Shown: positions 16,620 through 29,857, numbered from the stretch's first letter. The stretch is DNA of 64,000 nucleotides from Candidatus Eiseniibacteriota bacterium (GCA_963702435.1 CAVPCR010000003.1:438599-502598); one strand, 5' to 3'. Notes: generated by a model not told the origin, from the letters alone. Program-made: numbers and translations.

Positions 16620-18494
16620 CTAGCGGCGCCGGCGGCGCACCTTCTGTTCGGGGGTCGCCCGCGCTTCGCTCGGCTTTGAGATGAAGTCGAGAACCCCGTC
16701 CTCGCCCGGCTCCGCCGGGACCGGGGCCGGGGCAGGGGGTTCCATCGGAGCGGGCGGGCTCGGGGGCGCGACCTGGTCCCCGGCCGAGGGCGCTCCGGTG
16801 CCGGGGGCCTCGCCCGGGCGCGGCAGCCGGCTGGATCGCCGGCCGAAACGCGGGGTGACATCCGTGGCCGGCCGGCCCGAGGCCCGAACGGCCGAGGGCT
16901 CGCCCGGTTCCAGGTCGGGCGCCTCGTAGCCCTCCCGCTCGCGGGGTGGCGCTGCCGGCTCCTCCTCCCAGCCGCGAAGCCACGGCCGGGATCCTGCGCT
17001 CTCGCGCGGCTCGTCGCTGCGCTCGCCGCTCTCGGCATGGGCGTCCGCAACGGCCGGAACGGAGTCCTCGTCCGCCGGGCTCGCGGCGCCCTCCTCTCCC
17101 GTCGCGGGCTCGCCGCTCCGCTCGTCCACGCGGCGGCGGCCGCGCCCGCCGCGGCGCCCGCGGCGGCGACGCCGGCGGCGCATCTCCTCGTCGGAGCTAT
17201 CGCCACCCTCGCCCTCGGGCTCGATCTCGGCCATCTCCTCTCCCAGGGCCGGCTCGAAGTCGAAATCCGGAAGCACCGGCACCTCGTCGAGCGGCGCCTG
17301 GCGCTCGTCCTCGCGGCCCGCGACGTTCTCACCGCCCTCGGCGCGCCCGCCGCGCGGACGGCGATCCCGCCGCTCGCTGCGGTCCACCCGCTGGTCCGCA
17401 CGATCGCCGCGCACGGCCCGATCTGCGCGTTCGACGCGCTCGCCACGGTCCACCCGCTCGCCACGGTCCACCCGCTCGCCACGGTCCACCCGCTCGCCAC
17501 GGTCCACCCGCTCGCCACGGTCCACCCGCTCGCCACGGTCCACCCGCTCGCCACGGTCGACCCGCTCGCCACGGTCCGCACGCTCTCCGCGGTCGAACCG
17601 ATCTGTGCGCTCGACCCGCTCGCCGCGCTCCACACGCTCCACGCGCTCAACCTGCCCGCGCTCGAATCGCTCGACCGGCTCGCCGCGCACGGCCCGCTCC
17701 CCGCGGTCACCCCGGTCACCCCGGTCACCCCGGCCCATGCGCACGCCGCGCCGGCCCCGCCGTTCGCGCCCCGGCTCGACCTCCTCGAGCGGAGCAAGGT
17801 CATCGATCTCTTCGCCGGCAGCGATCGGCTCGATCTCCTCGACGACCGCCTCGTCGAGGCCCGCCGGCCCGGCCGGGGGTCGCGGGATACCCTCGAGGTA
17901 GTCCACGTCGGCCGCGATCTCGCGCGCCGGCTCGCGCTCCACCTCCACACTGGCCTCGGCCAGCGCGCGGCCGAGCGAGACGAAGACGGCTCGGCACCGG
18001 TTCTCGTCATGAGCGCCGGAAAGGATGCGGATATGGATGCTCGCGCCCAGCCGGTCAGCAAGGGTGGCGAGGAAGCGCTCGACGAGCGCGAGGTCCATGC
18101 CCGCCAGCTGGCGATTGCGGAAGGTCGCGCCGAACTGGAAGACCGGGGGCGACACCAGATCCACGGCGGCCAGAACGAGGGCGTCGCCAACGGGGAGGAT
18201 GGCCCCCCCGAACTGCCGGATCCGGGGACGCGGGCCGAGGACGCGGCGCCAGGCCTCGGCGAGGGCGCTCGCCAGATCGTCGACCGCGTAGGGATCGTCG
18301 GCGTGTTTGTTCAGGGTCTGCGCGATGCGCAGGTCGATCCCCGAGGGCACGGCCATGATCTCGAGGAGTTCGTTCAGAAGTGGGAAGGGGGTCTCGATCA
18401 CGGCCCGCCCGGTGCCGTCGAGCCGGAGCTCGATCTCGACATCGGTGCCGCGGGTGCGACGCCGGATGGCGACGCGACGTCTTTCTTTTCGCAT
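16620..18494 (-). CDS. HisB (IGPD)-fold protein lacking the metal-binding histidines, with a long R/E/G-rich disordered tail
   Basis: RRTRGTDVEIELRLDGTG, IRQFGGAILPVGDALVLAAVDL and LVERFLATLA match the IGPD scaffold; alternative start at 18563. Confidence 0.7.
   Translation of the reverse strand: MRKERRRVAIRRRTRGTDVEIELRLDGTGRAVIETPFPLLNELLEIMAVPSGIDLRIAQTLNKHADDPYAVDDLASALAEAWRRVLGPRPRIRQFGGAILPVGDALVLAAVDLVSPPVFQFGATFRNRQLAGMDLALVERFLATLADRLGASIHIRILSGAHDENRCRAVFVSLGRALAEASVEVEREPAREIAADVDYLEGIPRPPAGPAGLDEAVVEEIEPIAAGEEIDDLAPLEEVEPGRERRGRRGVRMGRGDRGDRGDRGERAVRGEPVERFERGQVERVERVERGERVERTDRFDRGERADRGERVDRGERVDRGERVDRGERVDRGERVDRGERVDRGERVDRGERVERADRAVRGDRADQRVDRSERRDRRPRGGRAEGGENVAGREDERQAPLDEVPVLPDFDFEPALGEEMAEIEPEGEGGDSSDEEMRRRRRRRGRRGGRGRRRVDERSGEPATGEEGAASPADEDSVPAVADAHAESGERSDEPRESAGSRPWLRGWEEEPAAPPREREGYEAPDLEPGEPSAVRASGRPATDVTPRFGRRSSRLPRPGEAPGTGAPSAGDQVAPPSPPAPMEPPAPAPVPAEPGEDGVLDFISKPSEARATPEQKVRRRRR
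17437..17577 (-). repeat. 18-bp coding tandem repeat, about 8 copies, (GERVDR)n
   Basis: cgctcgccacggtccacc repeated on the + strand, with degenerate flanking copies. Confidence 0.95.
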
Positions 18495-18732
18495 GGAGTT
18501 TATGAGATCTCGTTTCTTCAAACGGCGCTCGAGTGGGACACGACGAGCCCGAGCCAGGTCCATCTGCTGAAGGCGACCCAGTCTACATGGCGGCACCGAC
18601 CTGAGCAAGTCGGAGCTCACCCCCGGGGCCGGGAACCCGCCGGCCCGGGTGCCAACCCGGCGCCCGGCGTTGCTGAAGGTCAAGTCCTTCTCCCTCCGGC
18701 GCCGGGCTCGCCATCGGGGGACCTCACGAGAA

Positions 18733-18766
18733 GAGACGGGGTGCCGCCCGCGCGACACCCCGTCTC
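18733..18766 (-). terminator. terminator after degQ
   Basis: GAGACGGGGTG...CACCCCGTCTC stem followed by TTCT on the minus strand. Confidence 0.6.
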
Positions 18767-18820
18767 CCGGTCCCAGGTCCGGCCGCTTCCAACGGGGGCG
18801 ACCGGACGCTCTGAACAGGG

Positions 18821-20395
<1,575 letters not shown>

Positions 20396-20619
20396 ATCTT
20401 CGATTCCTCCCGACGCCGAGGCGCCCCGGCTCTACGCACCGGCGGCCTCGAATCGTGCTGATTGAGTTCTGGGGGACCCCTGCGCCCTGCCGGCCAGCGT
20501 CGCGGCGGCAGTACTGCTTATACCCGGCCGGCGCGGCTCGGGTTTCTGGAAGTGGAAACGGCCCGGCAGCCTGTTCTCTCGCCGCACGCCGCCGGCGCGC
20601 CGCCGGCGCGGCGGGTCTT

Positions 20620-21009
20620 TCAACAGCCTCCCTCGGTCGCGGCCTCGGGCGTGGGCGAAGGATCCGCCGGCCGGTGCGTGTCATCTCCCGGCGGGACGGG
20701 TCTCTCAGCCGCATCGCCCGCGCCCGGGCCGCCCGCAGCCGCCGGATCCGGCCGCCCCATCTCCTCCACGAAGTTGAGGCGGAGGTCGGTCAGCCCCTGG
20801 CGGAGAAACCGCTCCTCGTCCCCGTCCAGGTTGCCCTTCGTCTTCTGCTCGAGCATCCCCAGCGTGTCGATGGCATGTCGCGCCAGATCCAGATTCCGCC
20901 GCACGTCCCCGCTCGCCGGATCCTTGAGCTTGCCGAGCCCGATCCAGGCCGCCAGCCGGTACTCCTCGACGAGCAAGAGGAAGCGACTTCGCGCCTCCTG
21001 GTCCTCCAT
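20620..21009 (-). CDS. DUF1844 domain protein
   Basis: AWIGLGKLKDP..NLDLARHAIDTLGMLEQKTKGNL..LRLNFV; GGAGG RBS. Confidence 0.85.
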   Translation of the reverse strand: MEDQEARSRFLLLVEEYRLAAWIGLGKLKDPASGDVRRNLDLARHAIDTLGMLEQKTKGNLDGDEERFLRQGLTDLRLNFVEEMGRPDPAAAGGPGAGDAAERPVPPGDDTHRPADPSPTPEAATEGGC

Positions 21010-21139
21010 GCTTCCTCCTGCCGCGGCCCTTAGGAACCGGCTCCCCCCGGCCAGGATGCCGGCGCCGGGCCGGTTCGCCCCATGGCTCCCTTGGGATCCG
21101 CGGGTCACACCCGGGGATCGCTGCTTTCTCGGACGATCG

Positions 21140-23065
<1,926 letters not shown>

Positions 23066-23138
23066 GCTCTTGCCATCCTTCCTGGAGGACCGGGGCCCTC
23101 CTCCTGTGCTCGGTTCCGTCAAGCCATCTTCGCCTAAG

Positions 23139-23153
23139 GCAAGGTTCGTACCA
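23139..23153 (-). promoter_or_regulatory. sigma-54 promoter of dnaK
   Basis: Minus strand TGGTACGAACCTTGC, a near-perfect TGGCACG-N4-TTGC. Confidence 0.8.
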
Positions 23154-23213
23154 GTCCAGGCATCACCATAACGTATTGTATATAAATCACTTATGGCCTA
23201 GCTTCGAGCATGG

Positions 23214-23264
23214 GTTTCAATATGTAACGATGGGCCGAGCATGGCGGGTGCTTCAAGTGGAAAC
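23214..23264. promoter_or_regulatory. two imperfect palindromes, candidate enhancer (UAS) sites
   Basis: GTTTCAATATGTAAC (23214-23228) and GCTTCAAGTGGAAAC (23250-23264); shared consensus GTTTCA-N3-TGAAAC. Confidence 0.55.
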
Positions 23265-23292
23265 ACGGAATCCACGAGACAGCTCCGGCGCC

Positions 23293-24384
23293 CTACCCCC
23301 TGGCGGCGCTGAGCCCGTGCTCCTTCATCTTCCGCCACAGCGTCGTGCGCGAGATCCCGAGCCGTCGAGCGCTGAGCGAGATGTTCCCCTTGAGGTCGGC
23401 GAGCACGCGCGCGATGTGCGCGCGCTCGACATCGGCGAGACTCCAGGCAGCCGGGTAGCCGCGATCGAACCCCTCGCCGCCGGCGATGTCAGCGCCGACC
23501 TCGTCCGCCGCGGCCTCGTCCGCCGCCTCCCGCCGCGGCGGCAGGAGGAAGGAGCCGCGGCCGGCGCTGAATGCGGGAGGCAGGTTCTCGAGCGTGATCG
23601 CGTCGCCCTCGGCCAGCACCACCGCGCGCTGGATGGCGTTCTCGAGCTCGCGCACGTTCCCCGGATAGTCGTGTCGCATGAGAGCGACCTGGGCGTCCGG
23701 CGTGAAGCGATTGACGTCCTTGCCGAGCCCCATGCTCAGGCGCTCCGCGAAGTACGCGGCGAGGATGGGGATGTCCTCCCGCCGCTCGCGAAGCGGCGGA
23801 AGCTCGAGATGGAAGACATTGAGACGGTAGAAGAGGTCCTCCCGGAGCGTGCCCTTGCTCACCGCCGCGAGCGGCTCGCGATTGGTGGCCGCGATCACGC
23901 GCACGTCGACGCGCCGGATCTCCGCGGATCCGACCGGGCGCACCTCGCCGGTCTCGAGCACGCGCAGGAGGCGCACCTGGAGGTGGGGCGACATTTCGGC
24001 CACCTCGTCGAGGAAGAGGGTGCCGCCGCCGGCATGCTCGAACAGCCCGCGCCGGTCGCGGTCGGCGCCGGTGAACGCGCCGCGCACATGGCCGAACAGC
24101 TCGCTCTCGATCAGGTGCTCGGGAAATGCGCCGGCATTGACGGCCAGGAAGATCTCGTTCGCGCGGGTGCTGAGCTGGTGGATGGCCCGCGCCACGAGCT
24201 CCTTCCCGGTCCCCGACTCTCCGGTGATGAGGACCGGGGCATCGGTCGGCGCGATCTTCTCGATCAGCTTCAGGATGCGCCGCATGCGCGGCGTCGTCCC
24301 GATGATGTCCAGCTCGAGCGGCCGGTGCGGGTGGCGGCTCTCGGGATGTCTGATCGTGAAATGCACGGGCAGGATGTTAGGCAC
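23293..24384 (-). CDS. sigma-54-dependent transcriptional activator (AAA+ and HTH, no N-terminal sensor domain)
   Basis: GESGTGKE, ESELFGHVRGAFTGA, LFLDEV, REDLFYRLNV, YPGNVRELEN, LGISRTTLWRK; GTG start approximate. Confidence 0.9.
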   Translation of the reverse strand: MPNILPVHFTIRHPESRHPHRPLELDIIGTTPRMRRILKLIEKIAPTDAPVLITGESGTGKELVARAIHQLSTRANEIFLAVNAGAFPEHLIESELFGHVRGAFTGADRDRRGLFEHAGGGTLFLDEVAEMSPHLQVRLLRVLETGEVRPVGSAEIRRVDVRVIAATNREPLAAVSKGTLREDLFYRLNVFHLELPPLRERREDIPILAAYFAERLSMGLGKDVNRFTPDAQVALMRHDYPGNVRELENAIQRAVVLAEGDAITLENLPPAFSAGRGSFLLPPRREAADEAAADEVGADIAGGEGFDRGYPAAWSLADVERAHIARVLADLKGNISLSARRLGISRTTLWRKMKEHGLSAARG

Positions 24385-24588
24385 GGGCCGGCCGGGGGTC
24401 AACGCGGCGGCGGACCGCCGGCTGCTCCCGGCCCGGCCTGCCGGACCCGGGGCCGGACCGGGGCCCGTGGGCCGGCCCGCGCGCTCCTCGCGGCCCTCGC
24501 GGCCCTGTCTGCGCGATGCTATGATTCCGGGCTCCCCGCAGACGCCGGTCCGCACCGGCCGGCTGGACCGTTCCGAGGAACCCGCGCC

Positions 24589-25599
24589 GTGATCCACCGT
24601 CCCGAGCCCATCGCCCCGCTCATCGATCAGTTCGGCCGGCGCATCCGTTACCTCCGCGTCTCGGTGACCGACCGCTGCAACCTCCGCTGTTCCTACTGCA
24701 TGCCGTCGGGGCCGGAGGAGTGGGAGCCGCTCGCCGATCACCTGACCGCGCTCGAGATCGAGCGCGTGATCCGCGTGGCCGCCCGTCTCGGGGTCGAGCG
24801 CGTGCGCCTGACGGGCGGCGAGCCGCTCCTCCGCCCGGACCTGGTCGATATCGCAGCGCGCGTGGCCGCCGTCCCCGGTATCCAGGACCTCTCGCTGACC
24901 ACGAACGGGGTCTCTCTCGCCCGGCACGCCGCCGCGCTCCGGCGCGCCGGGCTCCATCGCGTCAACGTGAGCCTCGACTCGCTCGACCCCGCCGCGTTCA
25001 AGAACATCACGGGCCGTGACCGGCACCACGAGGTGCTCGCCGGCATCGAGGCAGCGATCGCGGCCGGCCTCCACCCTGTCAAGCTCAACATCGTCCTCCT
25101 CCACGGCGTCAACGGCGCCGAGATCCTCGACTTCGTGGCCTTCGCGCGCCGGACAGGCGTCAGGATCCGCTTCATCGAGGAAATGCCGATGGGCACGGCC
25201 GACGCCTGGCGGCCCGATCACTACCTCTCGTGCGACGCGATCCGCCGCGCGATCGAGGCCGTCCATCCGCTCGAGCCCGTGGACGGCGGCACCGGCACCG
25301 GACCGGCGGAGACCTATCGGATCCGGGGCACCCACACCGAGATCGGCTTCATCACCCCGATCAGCGCCAACTTCTGCCCGGCCTGCAACCGCATGCGCAT
25401 CACGCCGGACGGTTACATCCGCCCGTGCCTGTCGCCGTGCGACGAGCTGGACCTCCGCCACCCGCTCCGCAACGGCGGCGGTGACCCGGCAATCGAGGCG
25501 CTCTTCCGCCGGGCGATGACGATCAAGCCCGAGCGCCACACTTTCCAGTGGCAGGAACCCGTGGTCATGTTCCGCACCATGTCCCAGATCGGCGGCTGA
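24589..25599 (+). CDS. moaA: GTP 3',8-cyclase MoaA
   Basis: YLRVSVTDRCNLRCSYC, LTGGEPLLR, FCPACNRMRIT, C-terminal MSQIGG. Confidence 0.97.
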   Translation: MIHRPEPIAPLIDQFGRRIRYLRVSVTDRCNLRCSYCMPSGPEEWEPLADHLTALEIERVIRVAARLGVERVRLTGGEPLLRPDLVDIAARVAAVPGIQDLSLTTNGVSLARHAAALRRAGLHRVNVSLDSLDPAAFKNITGRDRHHEVLAGIEAAIAAGLHPVKLNIVLLHGVNGAEILDFVAFARRTGVRIRFIEEMPMGTADAWRPDHYLSCDAIRRAIEAVHPLEPVDGGTGTGPAETYRIRGTHTEIGFITPISANFCPACNRMRITPDGYIRPCLSPCDELDLRHPLRNGGGDPAIEALFRRAMTIKPERHTFQWQEPVVMFRTMSQIGG

Positions 25600-25605
25600 A
25601 GGGCC

Positions 25606-26163
25606 GTGATGCCCGCGCAGCCCTCGCCACCACGCAGCGGTGCCCGGCCGGCTCGTCCCGCCACTTTGAACCGGCTGCCTCACCTCACGCGGCGCGGAGA
25701 AGCGCACATGGTGGACGTCGGCGCGAAGGCGGTGACCCGGCGCGAGGCGCGCGCGCGGGCGCGGCTCCTGATGAGCCGCGCAGCAATGGCGGCGCTCGCC
25801 GCCGGCCGGGTCGAGAAGGGGGACGCGCTCGCCGTGGCGCGCCTCGCCGGCATCCAGGCCGCCAAGCGCACCGCCGACTGGATCCCGCTCTGTCACCCGC
25901 TGCCGCTCGAGCACATACAGGTGACGATCGCGCTCGACCGGCGGCGGAACACAGCGACCATCACGAGCGCCGTCGCCGCCACCGCGCGCACGGGCGTCGA
26001 GATGGAAGCGCTCGTCGCCGCGCTCGCCGCCGCCGCGGCGCTCTACGACATGCTCAAGGCGGTGGACCGGGCCATCGTCATCGAGGAGGTCCTCGTGCTC
26101 GAGAAGCGGGGCGGCAAGAGCGGCACTTTCGTTCACCCGCGCGCCGCCGGCGACGCCCGATGA
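25606..26163 (+). CDS. moaC: cyclic pyranopterin monophosphate synthase MoaC
   Basis: HMVDVGAK, IPLCHPLPL, TGVEMEAL, YDMLKAVD, KRGGKSG. Confidence 0.95.
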   Translation: MMPAQPSPPRSGARPARPATLNRLPHLTRRGEAHMVDVGAKAVTRREARARARLLMSRAAMAALAAGRVEKGDALAVARLAGIQAAKRTADWIPLCHPLPLEHIQVTIALDRRRNTATITSAVAATARTGVEMEALVAALAAAAALYDMLKAVDRAIVIEEVLVLEKRGGKSGTFVHPRAAGDAR

Positions 26164-26684
26164 GAATCGCGATCCTCACCGTGTCAGACGGCGTCGCCGC
26201 CGGCACCCGCGTGGACGAGGGCGGCCCGGCCGTGCGCCGGCTGGTCGAGACCGCCGGTCACGAGGTCGTGTCCACCGCCGTCGTTCCCGATGAGCCGCTC
26301 GCCGTGAGCCGCCGCCTCATCGCGGAAGCCGACGCCGGGCGCTGCGAGCTCATCCTGACCACCGGCGGCACCGGCTTCGCGCCGCGCGACGTGACCCCCG
26401 AGGCGACCCGCGCCGTCATCGACCGCGAGGCGCCCGGGATCGCCGAGGCCATGCGTGCCGTGTCCTTCGCGGCGACTCCGCTCGCCGTGCTGTCGCGGGC
26501 CGTGGCCGGGATCCGCGGCCGCGTCCTCATCGTGAACCTGCCGGGGAGCCCACGTGCGGTCGAGGAGTGCTTGCCGCCGATCCTCGTCCCGCTCGCCCAC
26601 GGCGTCGATCTCCTCCAGGAGCGCGCGATCGGCCATCCCCGACCGGCCCGGCCCGGCGCGCCGGCGAGGGCCGCCGGTGCCTGA
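26160..26684 (+). CDS. mogA: MogA/MoaB family molybdopterin adenylyltransferase
   Basis: ILTVSD, LTTGGTGFAPRDVTPEAT, NLPGSP; ATGA overlap with moaC. Confidence 0.9.
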   Translation: MRIAILTVSDGVAAGTRVDEGGPAVRRLVETAGHEVVSTAVVPDEPLAVSRRLIAEADAGRCELILTTGGTGFAPRDVTPEATRAVIDREAPGIAEAMRAVSFAATPLAVLSRAVAGIRGRVLIVNLPGSPRAVEECLPPILVPLAHGVDLLQERAIGHPRPARPGAPARAAGA

Positions 26685-27915
26685 CTGCGGGCCTCTCGAT
26701 CTCATTCCGGTCGCGGACGCGCGCGCGCGCATCGTGGCGCAGGTTCCCGTGCTCACCACCGAGACCGCGGATCTCTCCGCCATCCGCGGCCAGGTCCTTG
26801 CCGAGGACATCCACGCGGGTGAGGACCTCCCGCCCTTCGCCAACTCGGCGATGGACGGGTTTGCGGTGCGCGCCGCCGACGTGGCCGGTGCGAGCGCGGC
26901 GCGGCCGGTCGTGCTGCGGGTCGCGGCTCATCTCCCGGCCGGAGCCGTCGCCGACCACGCGATCGCGCCCGGCGAGGCGGCTCGCATCATGACCGGCGCC
27001 ATGCTGCCGCCGGGAGCGGACGCGGTCATCATGATCGAGGAGACCGACGGCGGCCGCGTCGAGGTGGCGATCCACCGCGCGGCGCGCGCCGGCGAGAACA
27101 TTCGACCACAGGGCGAGAGCCTCCGCGCCGGGGAGCTCGCGCTCGAGCGCGGCACGGTCCTCGGACCGCCGCACCTGGGTCTTCTCGCCATGCTCGGACA
27201 CGCGCGCACCCGCGTCATCCGCCGGCCGCGGGTCGCGCTCTTCTCGACGGGCGACGAGCTCGTGCCGCCCGACATGTCCCCGGGACCCGGCAAGATCCGC
27301 GACTCGAACCGCTACGGGCTCTCGGCGCAGGTGGCCGAGTTCGGGGCGATCCCGGTCGACCTGGGACTCGCCGGCGACGATCCGGAGCGGATCCGCGCGC
27401 TCATCGCGCGCGGGCTCGAGGCCGCCGACTGCCTGGTGACGAGCGGCGGCGTCTCGGTCGGCGACGTGGATCTCACCAAGCGCGTGCTGGCCGAGTTCGG
27501 ACCGATCGAGACCCTGCGCGTGGCGATGAAGCCCGGCATGCCCCAGGCGTTCGGGCTCGCCGGCGGGAAACCGGTGTTCGGGCTCCCCGGGAACCCGGTC
27601 TCATCGATGGTCGTCTGCGATCAGTTCGTGCGCCCCGCGCTCCGGAAGATGGCCGGGCATGCGGAGCTCTTCCGCCCGCGGGCGTGGGCGGCGGCCGCCG
27701 AGTCTCTCCGGAAGCCCCCCGGGAAGACCCATTTTCTGCGGGCTGTCGTCGAAAACCGCGACGGGCGGCTCACCGCCCGGCTCACCGGGCCGCAGGGCTC
27801 GGGTATCCTCCGCTCGCTCGTCCTCGCCAATGCCCTCGTCATCCTCGAGGCCGAGGTGACCGCGGTTGCCGCCGGCGAGATGGTTCCGGTCGAGCTCCTC
27901 GGCGAGCCGCGCTGA
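26677..27915 (+). CDS. moeA: molybdopterin molybdotransferase MoeA
   Basis: PPFANSAMDGFAV, IMTGAMLP, STGDEL, SGGVSVGD, FGLPGNPVS. Confidence 0.95.
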   Translation: MPDCGPLDLIPVADARARIVAQVPVLTTETADLSAIRGQVLAEDIHAGEDLPPFANSAMDGFAVRAADVAGASAARPVVLRVAAHLPAGAVADHAIAPGEAARIMTGAMLPPGADAVIMIEETDGGRVEVAIHRAARAGENIRPQGESLRAGELALERGTVLGPPHLGLLAMLGHARTRVIRRPRVALFSTGDELVPPDMSPGPGKIRDSNRYGLSAQVAEFGAIPVDLGLAGDDPERIRALIARGLEAADCLVTSGGVSVGDVDLTKRVLAEFGPIETLRVAMKPGMPQAFGLAGGKPVFGLPGNPVSSMVVCDQFVRPALRKMAGHAELFRPRAWAAAAESLRKPPGKTHFLRAVVENRDGRLTARLTGPQGSGILRSLVLANALVILEAEVTAVAAGEMVPVELLGEPR

Positions 27916-27946
27916 GCAAGTGCTGCCGCCTGCGGCGCAGACCGCC

Positions 27947-29857
27947 TCAGCACATGGCGAGGCCGCAGCTCGGACAGCTCCGGCACCCTTCGCCGTGCAC
28001 GAGCGGGCCGTCGCACTCGGGGCAGCGATCGAATCCGGCGCGGAGCGGCGCCAGCGTGAGCTCCTCCTGATGCCCCCCGGCCGGGAGCGCCAGCGCGGCC
28101 GCAAAGTCCCGCTCCTCCCCCGCGATCACCGCCGCCACCGCTTCCCCGCGCTCGAGCACCTGCCCCTCGCGGCTGCCGTCGCGATAGACCGTGATGCCCT
28201 TCAACCCCAGGCGGTAGGCGAGCCGGTAGGCGTCGCGCACGTCGCCCTGGGTGGCGCCGCGCGGGAAGTTGATGGTCTTCGAGACCGCGTTCTCGGTGTG
28301 GCGCTGGAAGGCGGCCTGCATGCGCACGTGCCACTCGGGCGCGATGTCGTAGGCGGTGCGGAAGAGGCGCTGCACCGCGGCCGGAACCGCGGCCAGTCCC
28401 TGCACGCCGCCGGTGCGCGCGATCGTGTGCATGAGCTCGTCGGAGAGGAACCCCCGGGCGGCGGCCAGGCGCAGGAAGGCCGGATGCACGTAGACGAGCT
28501 CGCGCCCGTCGAGCACGCGCTTGACGAAGCTGACGGCGAAGAGCGGCTCGATGCCGGAGGAGCAGTCGGCGATCATGGCCAGGGTCCCGGTGGGCGCGAC
28601 CGTCGTCACGGTGGCATTCCGCCGCGGCGGCCCCTCCCGATGGACCGAGGTCGCAAAGGCCGGGAACGGCCCGCGCTCGGCCGCCAGCTCGAAGGTGGCC
28701 GCGACCGCCGCCTCCTGGATGGTCGCCATCACGCGCTCGCCGAGGGCGAGCCCCGCCGCCGAGTCGTAGGCGATGCCGAGCTCGATCAGGAGATCGGCGA
28801 AACCCATCACGCCGAGGCCGACCTTGCGGTTCCGCTTGACGACCGCGTCGATCTCGGGGAGCGGATAGCGGTTCACATCGATCACGTCGTCGAGGAAGCG
28901 GACCGCGAGACGTGCGGTCCGCGCGAGCGCCGCCCAGTCGACGTCGCCCCCGCGCGCGAAGCGCGCCACGTTGAGCGAGCCCAGGTTGCACGCCTCGTAC
29001 GGGAGGAGCGGCTGCTCGCCGCAGGGATTGGTCGCCTCGATCGGCCCCTGGTCGGGGGTCGGATTGTCGGCGTTGATGCGCTCGAGAAAGACGAGACCGG
29101 GATCCCCCGTGCGCCAGGCATTGGCGACGATCCGCGCGAAGAGCTCGCACGCGTCCACCATGCCGACCACGGCTCCGTCCCGCGGATCGCGGAGCGGAAA
29201 GGCGCCGCGATCCTCGACCGCCGTCATGAACTCGGCGGTGACGCCCACCGAGAGGTTGAAGTTGGTGAGCTCGCGCGGGTCGTTCTTGGCGTCCACGAAC
29301 TCGCGGATGTCCGGATGGTCCACCCGGAGGATGCCCATGTTGGCGCCGCGCCGGGTGCCGCCCTGCTTGATCGCCTCGGTGGCGCCGTTGAACACGCGGA
29401 GGAAGGAGACCGGCCCCGAGGCGACACCGGAGGACGAGCGGACGACGGCGCCGCGCGGCCGCAGCCGGCTCATGGCGAACCCGGTGCCGCCCCCCGACTG
29501 GTGGATCAGGGCCGCGTGCTTCAGGGTCTCGAAGATCCCGGCGAGCGAGTCGGCGACCGGCAGCACGAAGCAGGCCGAGAGCTGGGCGAGCGGCCGCCCG
29601 GCATTCATGAGGGTCGGGCTGTTGGGCAGGAAGACGCGGCTCGCGAGCATCGCCTCGAACTCGGCGGCGACCTCGTCGGACCGCGCCGCCGGGCCGTGGT
29701 TCGTCTCGGCCGCGGCCACCGCTCGTGCCACGCGGCGCCAGAGGTCCACCGGGGTCTCGACGATCTGCCCCGTGGCGTCGCGCGCCAGATAGCGGCGATC
29801 GAGCACCTCGCGCGCGTTCGAGCTCAGATCGGGGGGGACGGACACGGTCCGGGTCAT
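27947..29857 (-). CDS. nrdJ: adenosylcobalamin-dependent (class II) ribonucleotide reductase
   Basis: FLPNSPTLMNAG, SACFV, RRGANMG, TNPCGEQPL, CNLGSLN, VAPTGT, C-terminal CPEC..C..CPSCG..C; no nrdB nearby. Confidence 0.92.
   Translation of the reverse strand: MTRTVSVPPDLSSNAREVLDRRYLARDATGQIVETPVDLWRRVARAVAAAETNHGPAARSDEVAAEFEAMLASRVFLPNSPTLMNAGRPLAQLSACFVLPVADSLAGIFETLKHAALIHQSGGGTGFAMSRLRPRGAVVRSSSGVASGPVSFLRVFNGATEAIKQGGTRRGANMGILRVDHPDIREFVDAKNDPRELTNFNLSVGVTAEFMTAVEDRGAFPLRDPRDGAVVGMVDACELFARIVANAWRTGDPGLVFLERINADNPTPDQGPIEATNPCGEQPLLPYEACNLGSLNVARFARGGDVDWAALARTARLAVRFLDDVIDVNRYPLPEIDAVVKRNRKVGLGVMGFADLLIELGIAYDSAAGLALGERVMATIQEAAVAATFELAAERGPFPAFATSVHREGPPRRNATVTTVAPTGTLAMIADCSSGIEPLFAVSFVKRVLDGRELVYVHPAFLRLAAARGFLSDELMHTIARTGGVQGLAAVPAAVQRLFRTAYDIAPEWHVRMQAAFQRHTENAVSKTINFPRGATQGDVRDAYRLAYRLGLKGITVYRDGSREGQVLERGEAVAAVIAGEERDFAAALALPAGGHQEELTLAPLRAGFDRCPECDGPLVHGEGCRSCPSCGLAMC

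Noticed and set aside
17437..17577. Regular repeat considered as a CRISPR array
   Set aside because: Head-to-tail 18-bp units with no spacers, in frame within a CDS, and no cas genes in the window.
15644..18190. 848-aa ORF suggesting a long N-terminally extended MurQ
   Set aside because: MurQ homology begins at ATG 16585; the upstream part is an alternative frame of the HisB-like gene.
23176..26136. Very long overlapping ORFs (807 aa +, 947 aa -) suggesting a MoaA or activator fusion
   Set aside because: Each is the real gene extended through the stop-free antisense frame of its divergent neighbour, a high-GC artefact.
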